A stretch of DNA of 64,000 nt from the human T2T-CHM13v2.0 reference genome, Homo sapiens. A model generated the notes under the pieces. It was not told where the DNA came from. It did not search any database and saw nothing but the letters and a program-made list of their open reading frames with translations. The DNA lies in the NCBI RefSeq assembly GCF_009914755.1, contig NC_060947.1; one strand, given 5' to 3'. Below are positions 54,618 to 64,000 of this stretch, piece by piece. Position 1 is the stretch's first letter; the number at the start of each line of letters is the position of its first letter. The position numbers and the translations under genes are program-made.

Positions 54618-57600
54618 TTTGTTTTTTCAATTTTATTTAGTTGTGCTCTGATATTTGATATTTCTTTTTCTCCTTGGTTTACGTTTGGTCTGTTTTTGTT
54701 TCTCTAGTTCATTGAGGTGTGTCATTACGTTGTCTATTTGTGCTCTTTCAGACTTTTTTGTTGTAGGCTTTTAATGCTATGAACTTTCTTCTTAGCACTG
54801 CTTTTGCTGTATCCCAGAGGTTTTGATAGGTTGTGTCAGTATTATCATTCAGTTCAAAGAACTTTTTAATTTCGATCTTGATTTCATAGTTGAACCAATG
54901 ATCATTCAGGAGCAGGTTATTTAATTTCCATTTATTTGCATGGTTTTAAGGGTTCCCTTTTGAGGTGATTTCCAGTTTTATTCCACTGTGGTCTGAGAGA
55001 GTACTTGGTATAGTTCGGCTGTGTCCCCATCCAAATCTCATGTTGAATTCCCATGTGTTGTGGAAGGGACCCAGTGGGAGGTAACTGAATCATGGAGGCA
55101 GGACTTTCCCATGCTGTTCACATGATAGTGAATAAGAGTCACGAGATCTGATGGTTTTATAAACAGGAGTTCCCCTGAACAAACTCTCTCTCTTTGCTTG
55201 CTGCCATCCATGTAAGTCATGACTTGTTCCTCCTTGCATTTTGCCATGACTGTGAGACTTCCCCAGCCATGTGGAACTCTAAGTCCATTAAATCCCTTTC
55301 TTTTATAAATTGCCCAGCCTGAGGTATGTCTTTATCACCAGTATGAAGGCAAACTAATACAGAAAATTGATACCAGTAGAGTGGGGCAGTGTTGAAAAAA
55401 ATCCCCAAAATGTGGAAGTGACTTTGAAATTGGGTAGCAGGCAGAGGTTGGAACACTTTGGAATGCTCAGAAGTAGACAGGAAAATGTTGGACAGTTTGG
55501 AACTGCCTAGAGACTTGTTGAACGGCTTTGAACAAAATGCTAATAATAATTTGGACAATGAAATCCAGGCTGAGGTGGTCTCAGATGGAGATGAGGAACT
55601 TGTTTGGAACTGGAGCAAAGGAGCCAAATGTTAGTCACCAAGACAATGGGGAAAATTTCTCCAGAGCATGTCAGAGGCCTTTGCACCATCCCCTCCCATC
55701 ACGGGCCCGGAGGTTTAGGAGAAAAAAATGGTTTTGTGGGCTTGGCCTAGGGTATCTCTGCTCTGTACAGCCTAGGGACTTGGTGCCCTGTGTCCCAGCT
55801 GCTCCATCAGTGGCTAAAACAGGCCAAAGTACAGCTTGGGCTATTGCTTCAGAGGGTGGAAGCCCCAAGCCTTCGGGGCAGCTTCCATGTGCTGTTGAGC
55901 CCGTGGGTACACAGAAGTCAAGAACTGAGGTTTGGAAACCTCTGCCTAGATTTCAGGGGATGTATGGAAATGCCTGGATACCCAGGCAGAAGTTTTCTGC
56001 AGAGGTGGGGCCCTCATGGAGAACCTCTGCTGGGATACTGCAGAAAGAAAATGTGGGGTCAGAGCCCTAACACAGAGTCCCTATTGGGGCACCACCTAGT
56101 GGAGCTGTGAGAAGAGGGTCACCACCCTCTAGATCCCAGAATGGTAGATCTACCAACAGCTTGCACTGTGCATGTGGAAAAGCCACAGACACTCAATATC
56201 AGCCCGTGTAAGCAGCCAGGAGGGAGGCTGTATTCTGCAAAGCCACATGGGTGGGTTCACCCAAGACCATGGGAACCCACCTCTTGCATCAGTGTGACCT
56301 GGATGTGAGACATGGAGTCCAAGGAGATCATTTTGGAGCTTTAAGATTTGACTGCCCCACTGGATTTCAGACTTGCATGGGGCCTTGTAGTCCCTTTGTT
56401 TTGGTCAATTTCTCCCATTTGGAATTGCTGTATTTACCCATTGCCTGTACTCCCATTGTATCTAGGATGTAACTACTTGATGTAACTTTTGATTTTACAG
56501 GCTCATAGGTGGAAGGGGCTTGCCTTGTCTCAGATGAGACTTCGGACTGTGTACTTTTGAGTTAATGCTGAAATAAGTTAAGAATTTGGGAGACTGTTGG
56601 GAAGGCATGATTGGTTTTGAAATGTGAGAACATGAGATTTGGGAGGGACCAGTGGCAGAATGATATAGTTTGGTTGTGTTCCCACCCAAAACTCATCTTG
56701 AATTCCCACATGTTGTGGAAGGGGCTCTGTAGGAGGTAATTGAATCATGGGGGCAGGTCTTTCCCATGTTGTTTTCATAATAGTGAATGAGTCATGAGAT
56801 CTGATGGTTTTATACAGAGGACTTCCCTTGAACAACCTGTCTCACTTTGCCTGCTGCCATCCGTATAAGATGTGACTTGCACCTCCTTGCCTTCAACTGT
56901 GATTACGAGGCCTCTCCAGCCATATACAAAATGTAAGTCTATTAAACCTCTTTCTTTTGTAAATTTCCAGTCTTGGGTATATCTTTATCAGCAGAATGAA
57001 AATGAACTAACAGAGTACTTGATACAATTTTGATTTTCTTAAATTGATTGAGACTTGTTTGTGGCCTATCAAACTGTCTATCTTGGATGATGTTTCATGT
57101 GCTAATGAAAAGAATGCATATGCTGCAGTTGTTGGATAATATATTCTGTAAATACCTGTTAACTCCATTTATTCTAGGATATAGTTTAAGTCCATTCTTT
57201 CTTTGCTGACTTTCTGTCTTGATGACTGGTCTAGTGTTGTCAGTGGAGTACTGAAGTCCACTCATATTGTGTTTCTGTCCATCTAATTTTTTAGGTCTAG
57301 TAGTAATTGTTTTATAAATCAGGGACCTTCAGTGTTAGATGCATATATACTTAGAATTGAAATATTTTCCTTTTGGGCTATTCCTTTTATCATTATATAA
57401 TGTCCCTCTTTGTATTTTTAAACTTTTGTTACTTTAAAATTTGTTTTGACTGATATAAGCATAGCTGCTTGTGCTTGCTTTTGATGTCAATTTGCATGAA
57501 ATATGTTTTCCACCCCTTTACCTTAAGTTTATGTGAGTCCTTATGTGTTAGGTGAGTGCCTTGAAGACAGAAGATACTTGGTTGGTGAGTTCTTATTCAT

Positions 57601-58299
57601 TCTGCAATTCTGTATTTTCTAAGTAAAGCATTTAGGCTATTTACATTCAATATCATTGAGATGTGGGGTACTAGTCTATTTGTTGTTCTAGTTGTTGCGT
57701 GAATATGTGTTTTTTTTTTCATTGTGTTATAGTTTTATATGTCCTATGAAATTTGTGCTTTAAGGAGGTTCTATTTTGGCGTATTTTGGGGATTTGTTTC
57801 AAGATTTAGAGCACCTTTTAGCAGTTCTTGTAGTCCTGGCTTGGTAGTGCCAAACTTTCTCAGCATTTGTTTGTCTAAAAAAAGACCATATCTTTTCTTC
57901 ATTTATGAAGCTTAGTTTTGCTGGATACAAAATTATTGACTGATAATTGTGTTTATTTTTTAATGAAGCTAATGATAGGACTCAAATTTCTTCTAGCTTT
58001 TGGGATTTCTGCTGATAAATCTGCTGGTAATCTGATAGGTTTTCCTTTATAGGTTACCTGAAGCTTTTGCCTCACAGCTCTTCAGATTCTTTTCTTCGTC
58101 TTGACCTTAGATAGCTTCATGACTATATCCCTAGGTGATAATCTTTTTGTCATGAATTTTTCAGGTATTCTTTGGGTTTCTTACATTTGGATGTATAGAT
58201 CTTTAGCAAGGCCAGGGAAGTTTTTCTTGATTATTCTCTCAAATACGCTTTCCAAACTTTTAGATTTCTCTTTTTTCTCAGGAACACCAATTATTGTTA
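54618..58299 (-). mobile_element. L1PB-type segment (ORF1 3' part to ORF2 EN/linker), inverted relative to 58300-60750; contains a THE1 provirus
   Basis: Antisense L1: TCTTAGCACTGCTTTTGCTGTATCCC (54789-54815), EN region 57020-57600, ORF1 AATCTGATAGGTTTTCCTTTATAGGTTACC (~58030). Confidence 0.88.
55006..57014 (+). mobile_element. Complete THE1 (THE1B-like) MaLR provirus: 5' LTR 55006-55361, internal 55362-56660, 3' LTR 56661-57014
   Basis: Two ~355 bp LTRs; PPT GGGAGGGACCAGTGGCAGAA; exact TSD GTACT at 55001-55005 and 57015-57019. Confidence 0.95.
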
Positions 58300-60752
58300 G
58301 GGATACAGCAATGGCAGTGCTAAGAGGAAATTTCATAGACTTAAGTGCCTACATCAAAAAGTCTGGAAGAGTACAAATAGACAATTTAGGGTCATACCAC
58401 AAGGAACTAGAGAAACAAGAACAAACCAAACCCAAACCCAGCAGAAGAAAAGAAATAACCAAGATCAGAGGAGAATAAAGTGAAATTAAAACAAAAAAAA
58501 TACAAAAGATAAATGAAACGAAAAGCTGTTTTTTTCAAAAAGATAAATAAAATTGATAGATCATTAGCAAGATTAACCAAGAAAAAAAGAGAGAAGATCC
58601 AAATAAGCTCAACTGGAAACAAAATCGGAGATATTACATGTGACACCACAGAAATACAAAAGACCATTCAAGGCTACTATGAACACCTTTATGTGCATAA
58701 ACTAGAAAACCTAGAGGAGATGGATAAATTTCTGGATATATACTACCCTCCTAGCTGATATCAGAAGGAAGTAGAAACTCTGAACAGACCAATAACAAGC
58801 AGTGAGATTGATATGATAATTAATAAAATACCAACAGAAAAAAGTGCAGGACAAGATGGGTTCACAGCTGAATTCTATCAGATATTCAAATCCTATTGAC
58901 ACTATTCCAGAAGATAGAGAAAGGGGGAATCCTCTCTAAATTATTCTATTTAGCCAGTATCACCCTAATACTAAAACCAGGAAAGGACATAACAAAAAAT
59001 GAAAACTACCGACCAATATCCCTAATAAACATAGATAGGAAATCTTTAACAAAATACTAGCTAATCGAATGCAACAGCGTATCAAAAAGATAAGCCACCA
59101 TGATCAAGTGGGTTTCATACCAGGGATGCAGGGATGGTTTAACTTATGCAAGTCAATAAATGTGATACACCACATAAACAGAATTAAAAACAAAAATCAC
59201 ATGATCATCTCAATAGATGTAGAAAAAGCATTTGACAAAATCCAGCATCTCTTTATGATTAAAACTCTTAGCAAAATCGGCACACAAGGGACATACCTCA
59301 ATGTAATAAAAGCCAACTATGACCAACTCACAGCCAACATAATATGGAACAGGGAGAAGTTGAAAGCATTCTCTCTGAGAACTAAAACAAGGACAAGGAT
59401 GCCCAATCTCACCACTTCTATTCAACATAATACTGGAAGTCCTAGCCAGAGCAATCAGACAAGAGAAAGACATAAAGGCATCTAAATCGGTAAAGAGGAA
59501 GTCAAACTGTCATTGTTTGCTTATGATATGATTGTATAGCTAGAAAACCATAAAGACTCATCCAAAAAGCTCCTAGAATTGATAAATGAATTCAGCAAAG
59601 TTTCAGGATACAAAATTAAGGCACACAAATCAGTAGCTATGTTATACACCAACAGCAACCAAGCTGAGAATCAAATCAAAAACTCAACCCCATTTACAAC
59701 AGCTGCAAAAAAAAAAATACTTAGGAATATACCTAACAAAGGAGGTGAAAGGCCTCTACAAAGAAATCTACAAAGCACTGCTGAAAAACATCATAGATGA
59801 CACAAACAAATGTAAACACATTCCATGCTCATGGGTGGGTAGAATCAATATTGTGAAAATGACCATACTGCCAAAAGCAATCTACAAATTCAATGCAATT
59901 CCCATCAAAATATCACCATCATTCTTCACAGGACTAGAAAAATCCATCCTAAAATTCATATGGAACCAAAAAAGAGCCTGCATAGCCAAAGCAATACTAA
60001 GCAAAAAGAACAAATCTGGAGGCATCACATTACTTGACTTCAAATTATAAATAAATTATATTTTACTTGACTTCAAATTATAAATAGAACAGCATGGTAC
60101 TGGTATAAAAAGAGGCACATAGACCAATGGAACAGAATATTTAACCCAGAAAAAACCCAAATACTTACAGCCAAGTGATCTTTGGCAAAGCAAACAAAAG
60201 CATAAAGTGGGGAAAGGACACCCTATTTAACAAATAGTGCTGGGATAATTGGTAAGCCACATGTAGGAGAATGAAACTGGATCCTCATCTCACACCTTAT
60301 ACAAAAATCAACTCAAGATGGATCAAAGATTTAAATCTAAGCCTGAAACTATAAAAGTTTTAGAAGATAACACCGGAAAAACCCTTCTCATATATATATG
60401 AAGGAATACTCTTCAGCCATAAAAAGGAACAAATTAATGGCGTTTGCAGGAACCTGGATGGAACCGGAGACTGTTATTCTAAGTAACTCAGGAATGGAAA
60501 AACCAAACATCCTGTGTTCTCACTCATAAGTGGGAGCTAAGCTATGAGTATGCAAAGGCATAAGAACGATACAATGTACTTTGGAAACTCAGGGGAAAGG
60601 GTAGGAAGGGAGTGAGGGATAAAAAAACTACAAATTGGGTTCAATGTATACTGCTCGGGTCATGGGTGCACCAAAGTCTCACAAATCACCACTAAAGAAC
60701 TTACTCAGGTAACAGAATACCACCTCTTCCCCAGAAACCTATGGAAATAATT
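58300..60752 (+). mobile_element. L1PB1-like ORF2 and 3' end with internal deletions
   Basis: [31 protein letters not shown] (59069..59485); 3'UTR CTACAAATTGGGTTCAATGTATACTGCTCGGG..AAACCTATGGAAATAA; ~700 bp jump at ~60388. Confidence 0.92.
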
Positions 60753-61107
60753 TTTAAGTCATTTTAAAAATTATTCACAAAAAGCTTGAGGCAGTATTGC
60801 AAAATAAGATTTTTTAAATGTAAAATTTCTTAGTTAAATCATTACACTACGAATGAGGATAAATAAAAAAATACATAACTCAAAGCATAAAGATTGGGTG
60901 AGTCAGACATTGGCTCTCATAATAGCAAGTCTGTGCCCTGTGCTCTTTAGTCTCTTACGAGTATAACTAAAGAGATGCACGGAGAGTCGTATTCTGCAAC
61001 TTGAAGCAGATTATTATGAATGTTGGGACATAATTGTCTTGTTTCTCAATGCAAATGTTAGTGTAAAAAATTACAGAAATAGGTCTAGGGACAATTATTC
61101 AGACCAT

Positions 61108-61334
61108 CTTCTGCTGTCCAATACAGTAGCCACTAGTCACATGTGGTTGTTTAAATTTATGTTTATTACGATTAAATTAAATTTTAAAATTCAATCGTTA
61201 GTGAGACTAGGCACTTTTCAAATGCTCAATAGCCACATGTGGCTAAAAGCTACTACATTGGACAGCACATATATAGAATATTTCCATCCATTGAACATTT
61301 CTTCCATTGAAGAAAATTCTATTGAAAAGTGCTG
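61108..61334 (-). mobile_element. MER3-like hAT-Charlie MITE
   Basis: GCTGTCCAATACAGTAGCCACTAGTCACATGTGG ... AGCCACATGTGGCTAAAAGCTACTACATTGGACAGC internal inverted repeat; ends GAAAATTCTATTGAAAAGTGCTG. Confidence 0.85.
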
Positions 61335-62394
61335 AGCATGTTGTTTTCTTTTTCTTTTGTCTTTGATGTGACGGAAACAGTTATACAAGAACGATGCATC
61401 AGCTGGCTGATTTAGCATTAGTCATGTGGTTGAATGGATATTTCATATTGTTATAAAAAGTGAAATTCTACCAGTTATACATTTAGTTTAATTTATTCAT
61501 GTTCATGTCTAATCAAGCTAAACTTAAGACTGTTGCTGGCATCCTTTGTAATCAACTAAATTTAAATGACTATAACTATTTTTGTGTGACATTCTTTTTC
61601 CTGGCTTACTTTCCACCTAACAATGTGGACCTATATATAGATAAGAGAAATTAAAATGACTTTTATATGCCACATATGAGTATTGATAGCCCCATGACAT
61701 CGGTATGCTTTGCAATGCTTTGCTAAAATAATTCTATATTTAATATTTGAGAATGGACAATCAATATGTTTCCAACTTGTAAGATTTATTTGTTTCCATA
61801 GTTTTGTTTTTTATTTTATTAAAATGTTCTATTACACCTATGTTGAGTCCTTTTGTGACATTTAGAAATATTACTTAAACCAAGATTAATACCATGTTAT
61901 AGGTTATTTATGTATGAGTTTATATGGTACAAAATATAGAAAATAAAAATATAAATAATGTTTCTGATTGAGTTAATTTTCTCAGAGAGAATTCAAGCAA
62001 ATATTTCAATAATAGACTCTATAACATAAAAGAATAGCACACAGCATTCGCTTGCTTAAAATTTATCAAACAGAAAAATAATCCAAAGATAATTTTATAA
62101 ATGAGAAAATAACTAACTAGAAATTGAGCACTTGAATGCAAAAAAAGTTGTGGTACTGATAATAAGGTGTGAGTTAACTTTGCATTGCAAATTAACATCA
62201 AATTATGCCACGAAAGATGGCATAATTTTTGAGAATGGATAGAAACATGATTTCTTCTCCTACTGCAGGTGTCTTGACACACACAGGATGATTGCTAGAG
62301 CAAATCTGATCAGATTTATGCATGAAACGTATTGCTTTAATAAAGTTGTTTTATTGTAAAAAAAATAGGCAAGAAATAATATGTTAGGAACAAA

Positions 62395-63285
62395 GGAAAT
62401 TTATGGAGGTATCTTTGGTGCTTGCATGCCCAGTGATAATACCAGCTGGAAATTGTAGCAACCATGGTCCAACGGGGTTAAGCAACTATTCGCTAAGAAC
62501 TCAAGGATGAGGGTCTGGGTTAACACACTTAACAGTCAATCTAGAACTCTTGAAGTTCTGGTATAAGATGATGGAAATATAGAATGGGTGTTTGAGGAAG
62601 AAGATAATAAGTATCAATTATGGCCTTGGGAAATTTAGAACAGTGGGAATTTTATATTGTTCTAGTGACCCCCTTTTATAAGTCTTTTGAAGATATTTCA
62701 GCTGTTCACCTTCTTAAAAGCTTTATGATGGATTGGATTTAGTTGAAGGCATGAGGAGATCTAAGGAGTGTAAAGTATGGACTATATCAGATCCTTCTTT
62801 TGTCTTGCCTCACAGTTTTGACACAATTGTTATGTTAGCCAGTGCTGTGGCAATCAAGTTAATCCTGCTGTCACTTGACAGAGACTTTCCTCAGGCACAA
62901 CTGTACAAAGTATCTCTTTCTGCCCTGGGACTTTTATTTTCACATGTGCATGCACAAATCAAGAAATGCCAAGACTTAACATGCCATGGTGTAGCTCTTG
63001 ACTAATGGGGAATAGAGGCTGATGAATACTTGTTCCCCTATTCTGTGCCCTAGGCAGAAAACTCTGAGGTGCATTCTACATATCTTCTCAGAGAGTTTCA
63101 GTGAAATGGAGCTTAGTTGTCCTCAGCGACCAGGATGGTAAGACGTCCTTACATTGGTTTTCAGTATTTTCATGTTTTAGTCTCCCCAGTCCTCTGCTCC
63201 TGTTAACTGACACTGCTTTCACCGCAAGCCTTTATTTTCAGCCTTTTCTTTCCTCAGAGTGGGTGGGGGGACTGGGGTAAGATAG
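62395..63285 (+). mobile_element. ERVL (HERV16-like) 3' internal region ~62395-62782 plus LTR16-like 3' LTR ~62783-63285
   Basis: GATGAGGGTCTGGGTTAAC..GAAGTTCTGG..GGAAATATAGAATGGGTG..TATCAATTATGGCCTTGGGA resembles the ERVL pol tail; LTR motif AACTCTGAGGTGCATTCTACA..CTCAGAGAG; end GGGTAAGATA. Confidence 0.65.
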
Positions 63286-64000
63286 AAATCAGCAGCTAAT
63301 GTTTAAAATTGTAAATCAAGAAATAGCAGTATTAATAAATTGTTTAGAAAATGTGTTATAAGAATTAAAGAGCTAAAAATGGCTGCTTTTGTAGACAGAA
63401 AATTAGGAATGAGATGGAGTGGGACATTAACTTATGGTTTCCTTTAAACATAGCACATTGGTTCTTGCCATCCAAAAATAAACCCAAAGTCACGTTAAAT
63501 CAATATCCAAAAGAGCAATATACACATATATGTTATTTTCTTTTATCCATGTTTTCTGTTTGCATTGGTGTAATTTTATTTTCACTTGATTTGAGTAGTA
63601 CTTGGAATGAAGTAGCTATTCAACAAATATTTGTTGATTTTAGTAACTTCAGGACATGGATAGGTTTTATATAAGGTGATCATAGCTCAATTGCCAAACT
63701 TCTACCACAAAATTCCTTCTATGTCAGGAAAAAGCTTACCATTTATTAAAGAGCCACAGCTAATTGCTAAATTAAATCTCACTCTACAACTTCTAGGCTC
63801 TTACTTACTTCATCTTCTCTGAATTCCTATTGAATTGCCAGACAGTGCCACAGTGGGCAGTCTTGCTGGCAAATTGCTATATTGTATAATATACCCTGTT
63901 CAGTCATTTATTATCTATTTCTTGTTTCCTAATTTCTGTGAGGGAGTTTTATGCTCGCGTCTAGAAAATGTTGTCAGGGAAAGTAAAGAATGCTGACCTC

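Noticed and set aside
55528-56070. 180-aa ORF as a host protein
   Set aside because: Lies within THE1 internal sequence, starts at TTG and spans an apparent internal deletion; a MaLR remnant.
58101-58478. 125-aa ORF crossing the L1PB inversion junction as a chimeric protein
   Set aside because: Chance fusion of antisense ORF1 and sense ORF2 frames with a TTG start.

Overview
This is AT-rich primate (human/ape-like) genomic DNA with no recognisable host protein-coding gene, RNA gene or CRISPR array. About half the window (my estimate) is LINE-1 of many ages: L1M, L1MA/L1M1, L1PB, L1PA16-like, a full-length decayed L1PA7-like copy and three L1PA2/3-like fragments. It also holds MaLR elements (a complete THE1 provirus, a complete MLT1 provirus, a truncated THE1A, two MST solo LTRs), ERVL LTR16/HERV16 relics, only three Alus, L2/MIR relics and small DNA-transposon fossils (MER94, Tigger4, MER3). 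The longer track ORFs are transposon remnants or chance frames. The most notable structure is a cluster of 5'-inverted (twin-primed) L1 insertions. Two are young, with clean TSDs, priming microhomology, large internal gaps (~1.5 and ~4.5 kb) and 3' segments starting only ~14 nt apart on the L1 map. One old copy may carry a 3' transduction, and a large L1PB inversion has a ~200 bp duplication. I found no evidence of a new protein-coding system. Subfamily names come from remembered consensus features and need RepeatMasker/Dfam confirmation; boundaries of old elements are approximate.
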